DNA from: an uncultured cyanobacterium
GTDB taxonomy: Bacteria > Cyanobacteriota > Cyanobacteriia > Cyanobacteriales > CAWCAG01
Assembly: GCA_963803805.1 (NCBI GenBank)
Contig: CAWDOD010000009.1
Location: 191,322-255,321 of the forward strand
Direction of reading: 5' to 3'
DNA: 64,000 nt
Shown: piece after piece, positions 20,049-29,500 of the stretch
Position numbering within the stretch: the stretch's first letter is position 1
Layout: every line of letters begins with the position of its first letter
Translations under genes and position numbers: made by a program
Notes under the pieces: model-generated
Database searches by the model: none
Told to the model about the DNA's origin: nothing
Seen by the model: the letters and a program-made list of their open reading frames with translations, nothing else

Positions 20049-20924
20049 ATGGAATTTACTAAAACCCTATTAATTGGCCTCAAAGCTGACGAATTTCGCC
20101 ATCCTTTGGATTTGCAAGCAACCAGAAGCTTAAAGCAAATACCAGGTTTGGATGTCGCAGTTAGAAGTATCGTTGGTTCAGTGGCAGAACAGTTCTTTTT
20201 CTTGAACAATATTGCTTCTAGTGTCCAAGTTGGCGAAAAGCAACTGCCTCACCTTCATAAACTCCTCCTTGAAGCTTGCGAAATCCTCGATTTAGAACCG
20301 CCTCAACTGTACGTACAACAAAATCCTGCCCCTAATGCTTATACTTTGGCAATGCGAGGTAAGCAGCCTTTTATGGTGATGCACACTTCTTTAATCGATA
20401 TGCTCACCCCAGAAGAGATTCAGGCAGTAATTGCCCATGAGCTGGGGCATCTCAAGTGTGAACATGGAGTATACCTAACTTTAGCTAATATTCTGGCCCT
20501 AGCTGCCAATTTCCTACCTGGTTGGGGAACAGTTCTTGCCCAAAATATTCAAGAACAAATGCAGGAATGGGTGCGTTGTGCAGAATTTAGTTGCGATCGC
20601 GCGGCACTTTTAGCAACTCAAGACCCTAAAGTGGTGATGTCGGTATTGATGAAGTTAGCTGGGGGTTCTCCTAAACTCGCTCCTCAACTTAACTTAGACG
20701 CTTTTATTGAGCAAGCGAGAGCCTATGATGCGGTGGGAGAAACTCAGCTTGGAGAAATGCTCAAAACTGCTCAGACAGCCCAATTAACCCACCCAGTACC
20801 TGTGATCCGTGCCAGAGAGATAGATCGTTGGGCTAGCTCTAACGAATATCAAACCTTGATGCAATTGCGCGAAAAAGATTATAATGGTGAAGCTGGTACT
20901 CAGGGCAAGTGGCGGAATTGGTAG
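20049..20924 (+). CDS. M48-family zinc metallopeptidase
   Basis: PNAYT, AHELGH (HEXXH), AEFSCDRAA, THPVPVIR. Confidence 0.92.
   Translation: MEFTKTLLIGLKADEFRHPLDLQATRSLKQIPGLDVAVRSIVGSVAEQFFFLNNIASSVQVGEKQLPHLHKLLLEACEILDLEPPQLYVQQNPAPNAYTLAMRGKQPFMVMHTSLIDMLTPEEIQAVIAHELGHLKCEHGVYLTLANILALAANFLPGWGTVLAQNIQEQMQEWVRCAEFSCDRAALLATQDPKVVMSVLMKLAGGSPKLAPQLNLDAFIEQARAYDAVGETQLGEMLKTAQTAQLTHPVPVIRAREIDRWASSNEYQTLMQLREKDYNGEAGTQGKWRNW
20856..20885 (+). promoter_or_regulatory. Sigma70-type promoter for tRNA-Leu embedded in the M48 CDS
   Basis: TTGATG-18bp-TATAAT ending 17 nt before the tRNA 5' end. Confidence 0.6.
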
Positions 20925-20984
20925 ACGCACCACACTCAAAATGTGGCGGTCCCGGTCATGAGAGTTCGAGTCTCTCCTTGCCCA
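20903..20984 (+). tRNA. trnL: tRNA-Leu (CAA)
   Basis: GGGCAAG/CTTGCCC acceptor, GGCGGAATTGGTAGACGC D-arm, CCACA-CTCAAAA-TGTGG anticodon arm, long variable arm, GTTCGAGTC T-loop. Confidence 0.95.
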
Positions 20985-21222
20985 CTTTGAATTTAACTAA
21001 TAAGTAACAAGTGATTTATTTGTACTTGGTATACTTGCTGAGATAGTATTTGCTATTGAGCAGGAATCTACTGTCAAAACTGTGATTTTTGCCTAAGCTA
21101 TATAACTCTTATTAGGGCAAAATAAGCTATACCGACGAGAAAATTAAAAATTCAGTAAAATATGAATTATTGCCACAAACCCACTCGCGCAATGTGCAAT
21201 AACTTCTGTTTTATAACTGCTA

Positions 21223-23154
21223 ATGAGTCAACTGTCAGATTTTTCTTCTCGGTTAAATGTTTCTCGACGCACAGCCTTGAAATTATTAGGTATAGGAGCT
21301 ATCGGCGGGGTAGTAGGTTATTCTCGCTTTGTTAAGCCTCAACCAACTGTATTTCAACAAGATAGCTTAACTCTTCCCCAGGCAATTACCCAACCAAAAA
21401 AGGTTGTAGTTGTGGGTGCAGGTTTGGCAGGGTTAGCTTGTGCTTATGAATTAAGTCAGCGCGGTTTTGCAGTAACTTTGTTAGAAAAGTCCCCTAATTT
21501 AGGAGGAAAAATTGCTAGTTGGCCTATTAAAGTTGGGGAAGAAGAGTTTATTATGGAACACGGTTTCCATGGCTTTTTTCCTCAGTATTATAATCTCAAC
21601 AACTTGGTAGAAGAACTAGGGGTTACAGATAATTTTAAATCTTTGGGATTTTACTCTTTAGTCTTTAATAAAGAAAAGTATGATCCAGAAGTCTTTCGCC
21701 CTAGTAATTCTGCCTTTCCTTGGAATATCGTTGATTTAGCCATTTCCTCTCCTAATCGTTTTCATTGGGGAATTAATTTAACTAAAATCAGTCACCTACA
21801 AGTATTTCGGGCTATTACTAGCTTTAAAATTCCTAAAACCTTTAACAATTTTGATGATATTTCTGTAACAGATTGGATTTCTCAAGGGTTTCCCCAAGGA
21901 CTTTATGATTTATACTTCCTGCCTTTTGCTAAATCTAGTTTAAATGCACCGGATGTACTTAGTGCCGGAGAATTATTACAATTTTTTCACTTTTACTTTT
22001 TTGGTAATCCTGAAGGCTTGGCATTTAATGGTACGAAACAGGACATGGGAACGAGTTTAGTAGAACCCATCGCTAAGGCAATTGTAGCTAGGGGAGGTAA
22101 GATTATTCCGGAAGCTACGGTAAGCGAAATTAACTGGCAAGAGGGTAAAATAAACTCCCTTAGTTATTATGAAGGTGAAGCTCAAACCAAAGTCCCTTTT
22201 TGGGTGAATAGCAACTCTTTGTTAGGAAAAAATTATTATGGTGCGGGGGATAATGTTTATCTTGTACAAGGAGAAGATAAAGCTATTTCTTTAACTTGTA
22301 CCCACCAAGGTTGTACAGTGCAACTCCAGGCTAATGGAGAATTTGTTTGTCCTTGTCATGGTGCTTTGTATAACCAAGAAGGTAAAGTTATTAGTGGTCC
22401 TGCAAAACGTGATTTAGCCTCTTTTCAAGTTGTTAGAAACCGAGAAAATCAGGTTCAATTAGTGTCAGCCAATCCTGAATTAAAAACCAACCAAAAGATC
22501 ATTAGTGCTGATTATTATGTAATTGCTACTAATGTTCCAGGAACTAGACATCTTTTCCAAATAATGACAGGAGATGTGGAAGAAGAAACAGCTTCTCAAG
22601 TTAACAATTTAGCCGTTGCCGATCCCTTTGCTGTAGCGCGTTTTTGGTTCGATGAAGATTTCGACTGGCAACATAGTTGGTTTACTTCCCTTTCTGGCTA
22701 CGCTTTAACAGATAGTATTACTCTCTACCATCGCATCCAAGAACAGTTTATTACTTGGAGTGAAGAAACAGGAGGAAGTGTCGTAGAACTGCACGCTTAC
22801 TGTTACAAAGAAAAGGAGTTTCCTACTCAGGAAAGTTTGTTGGCAACCTTTGAAGAGGAATTATATCAAATTGTCCCTGAATTGAAAAATAGTCAGATGT
22901 TACATCGGGAATTAGTTAACCAAAAGAACTTTTCCGGTTATCCCCCCAATAGTTACCAAAATCGCCCTGAAACCACTACCAAAGTTCCTAACTTAGCTTT
23001 TGCCGGAGACTGGGTTAAGATGCCTTTTCCTTGTGGTTTAATGGAACGGGCTGTTAGTAGTGGTTTGTTGGCAGCTAATGCTATTTTGCACCAAGAAGGT
23101 TTACAAAGAAAGAAGTTATTAACTGTTAATCCTGAAGGGCTTTTAAAGATTTAA
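21223..23154 (+). CDS. cruE: FAD-dependent oxidoreductase with inserted Rieske domain (CrtU/CruE-like carotenoid desaturase)
   Basis: Tat-like SRRTALK, GAGLAG, EHGFHGFF, Rieske CTHQGC...CPCHG, AGDWV, MERAVSSG. Confidence 0.72.
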   Translation: MSQLSDFSSRLNVSRRTALKLLGIGAIGGVVGYSRFVKPQPTVFQQDSLTLPQAITQPKKVVVVGAGLAGLACAYELSQRGFAVTLLEKSPNLGGKIASWPIKVGEEEFIMEHGFHGFFPQYYNLNNLVEELGVTDNFKSLGFYSLVFNKEKYDPEVFRPSNSAFPWNIVDLAISSPNRFHWGINLTKISHLQVFRAITSFKIPKTFNNFDDISVTDWISQGFPQGLYDLYFLPFAKSSLNAPDVLSAGELLQFFHFYFFGNPEGLAFNGTKQDMGTSLVEPIAKAIVARGGKIIPEATVSEINWQEGKINSLSYYEGEAQTKVPFWVNSNSLLGKNYYGAGDNVYLVQGEDKAISLTCTHQGCTVQLQANGEFVCPCHGALYNQEGKVISGPAKRDLASFQVVRNRENQVQLVSANPELKTNQKIISADYYVIATNVPGTRHLFQIMTGDVEEETASQVNNLAVADPFAVARFWFDEDFDWQHSWFTSLSGYALTDSITLYHRIQEQFITWSEETGGSVVELHAYCYKEKEFPTQESLLATFEEELYQIVPELKNSQMLHRELVNQKNFSGYPPNSYQNRPETTTKVPNLAFAGDWVKMPFPCGLMERAVSSGLLAANAILHQEGLQRKKLLTVNPEGLLKI

Positions 23155-23159
23155 TGGGA

Positions 23160-23262
23160 TAAGCTGTCAGGCATTTAATTGACTTATTAGGTTTGATGGG
23201 GGGAGGGTTTTAGGGCTTATTTTTTATTTGAATAATACACAGTTTAAATGCACATCAGCTTA
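23160..23262. mobile_element. MITE (second full copy)
   Basis: Same TIRs and internal TTATTAGGTTTGATGGGG...GAGGGTTTTAGGGCTT as 13584-13710. Confidence 0.85.
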
Positions 23263-23263
23263 T

Positions 23264-23893
23264 CTAAGCTAACTCAATAATCTCGCCAATTCCCTTAAGC
23301 AATTCTGTTAATAAAGGACTCTTAGGAGAGCCTTGATAACCTTCAACAAAAAGCCAGGTAATGAGCTTTTTAACCATCTGCTGTGATAAGACTTTTTCTC
23401 GGTAAGGAGGTGCAATCATCAAAAGCATTTCCACCGGTGATTTTCTACTTAAAGGTGGTATTACAAACCTAATATCTTTTAATTGCTGCGCTCCCATTCT
23501 ACGATAAAAGTTAAGTCTTCTTTTTCTTAATTGTTGCTCATTGCCGTATTGAGGATTTTCTACTTCTAGAAGAAGGTATTTCTCTTCTTGGCGCAATTTG
23601 AGTAAAAGATAATCAAGAAATTTGCTACCAATTCCTTGATTACGAAAACTTGTCTGGGTAGCAATATAAGCAAGTAGAATAAATTGAGTATCCCTTATGG
23701 GAGAAAGTATAGCCATAAAAGCTACCTGATTTTCCTGATAGCTAACAAATAATTGATAATCGCCGTTATCAATTCTCTGTTCAACTAAAGAAGTAGCAAC
23801 CCTTTCACTAGGAGGAAAAGCTTCCTCATAAATATTAATGACTGCTGTAAAATCAGGATGTTGACTATTCTTAATAGCAAGGAAGTTGACCAT
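23264..23893 (-). CDS. GNAT-family N-acetyltransferase
   Basis: IYEEAFPPSER, FRNQGIGS acetyl-CoA motif, LEVE, RRLNFYRRMG. Confidence 0.85.
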   Translation of the reverse strand: MVNFLAIKNSQHPDFTAVINIYEEAFPPSERVATSLVEQRIDNGDYQLFVSYQENQVAFMAILSPIRDTQFILLAYIATQTSFRNQGIGSKFLDYLLLKLRQEEKYLLLEVENPQYGNEQQLRKRRLNFYRRMGAQQLKDIRFVIPPLSRKSPVEMLLMIAPPYREKVLSQQMVKKLITWLFVEGYQGSPKSPLLTELLKGIGEIIELA

Positions 23894-23911
23894 AATTGTT
23901 ATTAATCATAT

Positions 23912-23943
23912 TAAGCTGTCCAGAATTTATATCAATTATTAGG
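23912..23943 (+). mobile_element. Degenerate left end of the same MITE family
   Basis: TAAGCTGTCcagaATTTAtatcaaTTATTAGG aligns to the left end of 13584 and 23160. Confidence 0.5.
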
Positions 23944-23989
23944 AGAAGGCAATAGGGAATAGGGAACAGCGTTAATTAAAAATTAAAAA

Positions 23990-24673
23990 TTAAAATTTGA
24001 CATCATGTTTAAGCCGATGGCGTAACCAAGCAAACCAAGTATCCAACCCCTGTCCAGTTTCCGCCGAGAGGGGAATAATAGTGACATGAGGATTCATTTG
24101 ACGTACATTGGCTTCAATACGTTGCAGATCCACTTTTAAATATGGTACTAAGTCAGTTTTGGTAATCAATAAACAGTCTGCTTGTTGGAACATGATAGGG
24201 TATTTGAGGGGTTTATCTTCTCCCTCTGTCACACTAAGCAGGGCAACTTTGGCGTGTTCTCCCACTTCAAATTCTGCCGGACAAACCAGGTTGCCAACAT
24301 TTTCTACCATCACTAAATCAAACTCTAAGGGATTGTATTGTTCTGCAAAGGTGTGGATGCCCCCAGCAACCATTTTTGAGTCGAGGTGACAGGAACGCCC
24401 AGTGTTAATAGCAATGACAGGAACATTATATTGTCGTAGTCGTTCCGCATCCAATTCTGTGGTCATATCCCCTTCAATGACTGCCATTTTAAATTCCTGG
24501 TTGAGGGTAGCTAGGGTGCATTCTAACAACACTGTTTTTCCAGCCCCAGGACTACTCATTAAATTGAGGCAAGTGATGCCCCATCGGTCAAAATGGGCGC
24601 GGTTATCGTTTGCTCCAGCTTGGTTTGCATGGAGTAAGTTGATTTCTAAAGCGGCATCGAAAGTTTGGTGCAT
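23990..24673 (-). CDS. hypB: HypB-type nickel-insertion GTPase (GhaB-like in this context)
   Basis: [42 protein letters not shown]. Confidence 0.95.
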   Translation of the reverse strand: MHQTFDAALEINLLHANQAGANDNRAHFDRWGITCLNLMSSPGAGKTVLLECTLATLNQEFKMAVIEGDMTTELDAERLRQYNVPVIAINTGRSCHLDSKMVAGGIHTFAEQYNPLEFDLVMVENVGNLVCPAEFEVGEHAKVALLSVTEGEDKPLKYPIMFQQADCLLITKTDLVPYLKVDLQRIEANVRQMNPHVTIIPLSAETGQGLDTWFAWLRHRLKHDVKF

Positions 24674-24676
24674 TTT

Positions 24677-24742
24677 TCAGTTATCAGTTATCAATTATCA
24701 ATGATGCCTAACGGCAACGGCAAGCCGAACAATGATCAATTA
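24677..24742. repeat. Heptamer tandem repeat (TCARTKA) interrupted by a 24-bp GC-rich insert
   Basis: TCAGTTA TCAGTTA TCAATTA TCAATGA T[GCCTAACGGCAACGGCAAGCCGAA]CAATGA TCAATTA. Confidence 0.8.
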
Positions 24743-25087
24743 CCTATATTCTATGTGGTCAATTTTTAATTCTCTTCCTGAACGAATATCTTCCATAGGG
24801 CGATCGCAGGTGGGACAGGTATATTTTCGACCTATTTTCGGTTGATATTCTTGTTGGCATTGGTGACAAAAAGCAATTAAGGGAGTTTCTTTAATAACTA
24901 GTTTTGTTCCTGCTAAAAAAGTGTTTTTGGTTTGTACTTCAAAAGCAAATTGCAAACTAGCCGGTTCAACGCAAGTAAACTCCCCGACAACTAAATAAAT
25001 AGTTTCAATAGTGTTTTTTTTCGGTTGATTATTCTGCCAATCTTTAACTGTCAAAATAAGAGATTTGGTCATATCAACTTCGTGCAT
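24740..25087 (-). CDS. hypA: HypA-type nickel metallochaperone (GhaA-like)
   Basis: MHE N-terminus, two CxxC, SGREL. Confidence 0.95.
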   Translation of the reverse strand: MHEVDMTKSLILTVKDWQNNQPKKNTIETIYLVVGEFTCVEPASLQFAFEVQTKNTFLAGTKLVIKETPLIAFCHQCQQEYQPKIGRKYTCPTCDRPMEDIRSGRELKIDHIEYR

Positions 25088-25115
25088 TTTTCACCTATTA
25101 TCCATTACCTAAAAA

Positions 25116-26289
25116 CTACTCCCACTGAACCATTTCCGGTTCCGATGCCGGCTGGATATAATCAGGCTTTTGGGTTCGGGGCAACTGTCCCGATATCACC
25201 AAATGAGCCATTGCATCGCAGATAACGCGGGTTGCCATTAATGCAGTCATATCGCTAACATCGTAGGGAGGAGAAACTTCTACAACTTCTATGCCGCAAA
25301 CCGTGGTGTTTTGCACAATCCTTTTCAATAAATGCAAAGCCTCTCTGGGCATCAATCCTCCTGGCTCAGGCCAACCTGTACCAGGTACAAACCCAGCATC
25401 AATACAATCAATATCAAAACTGATCCAAACGCAATCTGTTCCGTCTGTTGCTCTTTCTATAGCCCAGTCTGCTGCTGCATCCAAGCCCATTTCCGTAATA
25501 TCTGTGACGGTGAGAATATTTGTCGCCCTTTCCCGGCAAACCTTCACCCCTTGGCGAGGGACTTGCCAACCACCGATGCCCATTTGTACCAAGTTTTTAG
25601 CCGGGGCATTTGCCATGTTAGTGGCGTGAAACCAAGGGCAGGTGTGCATCCGTTCGTCAAGATCAGTTTCTTGGGTATCCACATGGCGATCAAAGTGGAT
25701 GATGCCGACTTTTTTATCTCCTAAATGGCGGCAAACTGCCCTGACGGTGGGGAAACCAATGGAATGATCTCCCCCTAAAATAATGGGGAAAGCGCCGGAG
25801 TTGAAAACATGGGCAACCCCTTTGCTGATTTGGTCAAAGGACTTTTCGTTATTGGCAGGAATGGTAAAAATATCCCCTACATCACAAAGGGTAATTTGTT
25901 CCCGCAAATCCACTCCTAGTTCAAAATTATAGGGGGTGTAAAGGGCGCTGATGCGGCGGATGCCTTCGGGGGCCAAACCTTGTACCAGGGCGGTAGGTAG
26001 TACCGGAGTCGTGGGGGACACCGATGATGGCAACATCATATTCTCCTACTTTCCTGACATCTTCTAAATAAGGGGCTTTGAGGAAAGTATTGATTCCGGC
26101 ATAATGAGGTAACTCTCCCCTTGAAAAGGTGGGGATGGTGCGATCGCGGATGCTTTCGGCAGCTTCCAAGCCATATTCTAATCCTTGATCAACTTCTTGC
26201 TGCCAACCTGTCAAAGGAAGTTGTTTTTCTTTGTTTAAAGCCCTTTGTGCTTCACTATTAGGGGGTTCAAATGGTAACTGTTCACTCAT
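25116..26289 (-). CDS. gdmH: Agmatinase/ureohydrolase-family enzyme, likely Ni-dependent guanidine hydrolase; one +1 frameshift near 25967
   Basis: Two overlapping ORFs join into 390 aa (GVPHD.GTTYRPGTRFGP / GIRRIS, GGDHS, FDRHVD, SFDIDCID, PGTGWPEPGG); guanidine-I riboswitch upstream and hypA/hypB downstream. Confidence 0.88.
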
Positions 26290-26319
26290 TGATTTACTTG
26301 CATTGCCCTGGATGTTGTG

Positions 26320-26388
26320 AATAAAAAAGGGAAAAAGCCCCAGAGTTGACGATTTTCTACTTGCCGTCAAATCTCCCGGGTTTTTTTC
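26320..26388 (-). terminator. Riboswitch expression-platform terminator
   Basis: CCCGGGAGATTTGACG...CGTCAACTCTGGGG followed by CTTTTTCCCTTTTTT, overlapping the aptamer 3' tail. Confidence 0.8.
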
Positions 26389-26486
26389 CCTCCGTGGGAT
26401 TATTAACTGTATTTAGTTAACAATCTGCTTCTCTTGGACCAGACATTTAAAAGAGACTTGCTCAAAAACCGGAACCCTAGAAGCTA
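26372..26486 (-). ncRNA. Guanidine-I (ykkC-yxkD) riboswitch
   Basis: Minus strand GCTTCTAGGGTTCCG...GTCTGGTCCAAGAGAAGC...CACGGAGGGAAAAAAACCCGGGAG matches the ykkC-I consensus; downstream gene fits. Confidence 0.93.
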
Positions 26487-26541
26487 TTTTAATAATTCCT
26501 TTCGCTACATTCTACACCAATTTTTTCAATTTGAATGAAGA

Positions 26542-29500
26542 TTACCAAGGATTGCCTATCAGAGTGAAACCACTCCAATAATAGGGATGGGTTAGTTCCA
26601 AATCTCCTAAATCTGAGAATTGTTCTGGAAGTTCGAGGCTGATATCTTGAGTAATTAGTTGCCCCGCTTCTAACCTCACCTCACCGCGAATCATCGCTAA
26701 TTGAGCTTTTTGTAAAGCTTGGGCTTTGACAGGAACTTTGTGTAACTGTTCATAAAAATTACTCATTAAGCCTAAAGTCCCTCCATCATCTACTGACCAG
26801 AGGCTGCCCAGTACGGATTTAACCCCAGCGATCGCGGCTGAACCGGCAAACCCTAATTCTGCTTCTTGATCTCCTAATGCGGTGCGACAGGCGCTTAATA
26901 CGAGTAAGTCTACTTGAGGATTTTCAAGTTGCAATGTGTTTAGTTGATCTAAGGGGAGTTTTTGATTTCCTATTTGGATGTAGGAGTTGCTAGGTTTACC
27001 CGATTCAAACTCAGCATGGGTGGCAAGATGAACGATACCAAAGGAGTTTTGTTCTCTGGCAGTTAATAAGTTGTTGAGGGTAAACTCTTCATTGAGGAAA
27101 GTGGTTACTGAACCGAAGCGGGTGACAATGTGGGATAGTTCCACTGGTACTGCTGGAAGATTATCTTTTTCGGCAAACTCTGAGGCCCCCATTGCTAAAA
27201 CAGAAGTTTGACGTAAGTCTTGGTAGTTGGGGTCAGTCAGAGATAAGCTAGGCATTAAACCGAGGCTATATTTTTCAATAATGAATTGTTCACCATCATA
27301 TAAGGCTGCTAGAGGAAGAGAACGTAATCCTGCATCCATGATGAAGGAGATGTTATTTAGTTCCTTGCTTTGTAAATTATCTTCAATGGGTTTTATTAAA
27401 ATCTTATATAGTTCCTGGGCCGGTTGTTTGTAAGCATCTGGTCTGCTAACGTTAGTAATACGGCGGCGGAATTGCTTGACTAATTTAGTCACTTCCTCTC
27501 TGGTTGCCCCAGGAACGGATTGCCGGATTAAATCTCCGGAGGAAGTAACTAAAACAATTTCTAGTTGGTCTGTGGGTTTGACTTCTCGATTTTGAGGTAA
27601 GAGTTCTTCGACGTTGGTTTTAGAATTAACTTGTTCCGGATTAAATTGCCAAATAGTACTCTTTTGCGCTGTTTGGGCTGTTTCTACTTCTGCGGGTTTG
27701 AAGAAAACATAAACTAAACCACTGCGGAGTCCGGTAACATCTTCAATCTTCCTTAAGGTATTTTGGGCCTGATCTAAGGTAATGTTAGGAACCTTATCAA
27801 GGCCGAGATGTTGTTCATAGGAGTCGCTGAAACCTTCTTCCAATCTAGTTACGGTACTATCAGCATCACCATCTAGGGGAGATGTAACGGCTTCTGTGGA
27901 TAAAGCCCTAGCTTCAAAGGTGTTGATGGCAAATCTATCTGGGGTGATGAGGATGTTACCTTGTTGCTTTTTACCTGAGAAAGCTTGGATGGGAGAGAGG
28001 AGAAAGTTGCCACTGGTGATAGTTCCGGCACTACCATTAACTGTAGCATCGCCAATTTCAAAGGCAATTAAACCTTGCCCACCATGGCGGATGGTAATTT
28101 TACCCCCATTAACACCACCAACACTAGAGATGCTAGCTAGCAAACCATTGCTGCTGGTGAAGGTGTCGGTGATTTGGATATAGGGGTCAGTGATGATGTC
28201 AATTTCACCTCCGTCTAATGTACCTTGGGTATTAATGGTAGCAATGCGGATGTTACCCACAGATTCGAGGAAAACAGCCCCACCGTTACCATTTTTACCA
28301 CTTGTATTAATGTTTCCTGTTTCAATGGCAATCAAGGTATTCTTTAAGTTAAATCTGCGGATGGGTAGGGTGGCTGTGATCTCAACTTTACCACCGTTAT
28401 TACCGGAGGTGTCAATATCTTCGGTGATGATTGCCCCATTGTTGTTTGTTAAGGAAACATCACCACCCGATGTTGCAATCGCCCCTGTAGCAATTTTACC
28501 GATGTTGTTGCTTAAGGTGACTTTTCCACCATTGGTAGTGATATCTCCAACACTCATACCGTTACTGGTGATTAAATTGATGCTGGCGTTGTCCTTACCA
28601 AAGATGTTATTACCGCTACCAGCAATTAAGCGACTTTGTAAGGTTGTCGGATCATTAAAGGTGGTGTCACCCAGGATGTATAGTTGGTGTGGGGCATTTT
28701 CTTGACCAATGGTGATAGATTGGAAACCATCCTGGATGTTGTTGATTTCATTAGCAGTCAAGTCAAGATAGAAAGGTAAGTTAGTGTCTGTTTGCCTGCC
28801 TATTAAGATATCTTGGAAGGGGGAGGAAGGTTGAATTACCAGATTGCCAGTACCAGAAAGTTTACCCTGGTAGTCAATTTCGTTGCCGATTAAGGTTAAA
28901 TCTCCTGCCTTACCGTCAATGTTGCCGGTGATTGTCCCTTTGTTGAAGAAGGATTCCCAGAAGTTAATGGTGTCGTTACCATTGCCCCCAATTAAGTTTT
29001 GAATACGGTTGAAATTGCTAACATTGTTAACCCAACCCCTATCTGTACCGGTGATTGTCCAATCGTTGTTTTGGTTATCACCAATTAAAGTGTTGTTTCC
29101 CAAACCTCCGTCAACATAGTTGATACTGCCACCATTCACAGCAAAAGTATCATCATCACTACCACCATAGAGGCGGTTGAAGTCTCGGAAGTTTAGTTGA
29201 TTAACCTTGCCCCCATCGATTTCGGTAATATTCCAGTTATTATCTACATCCCCACCAAAGAGATAGTTATAAAAAGCTTTCCCTCCCAAAAGATTGGTGA
29301 TATTTTCTGCTTGAGTGGCGTTGATGCTTAAACCACCTTGTTGATCTATGTAAGCAAAGAGGGAATTGCTGTGGTTGGTGTAATCTAAAGTATCTTGCCC
29401 TACACCACCATTAATTGTACCGTCGAAGAAGATAGAGTTATTGAAGATAAAAGTATCTTCTTGGGCATTACCGTTGAGGGTTTCTATTGTGGTGAAGGTT

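Noticed and set aside
9956..21000. Genomic island integrated at tRNA-His or tRNA-Leu
   Set aside because: No integrase and no duplicated tRNA 3' end found by eye; flanking genes are core-like
23990..25087. hypA/hypB as a hydrogenase maturation cluster
   Set aside because: No hox, hup or hypCDEF genes; context (gdmH, riboswitch) points to nickel delivery to the ureohydrolase
26490..26545. NtcA box upstream of the guanidine riboswitch
   Set aside because: A TAGAAT -10-like hexamer is present at 26509-26514 on the minus strand, but no GTA-N8-TAC site was found at the expected spacing
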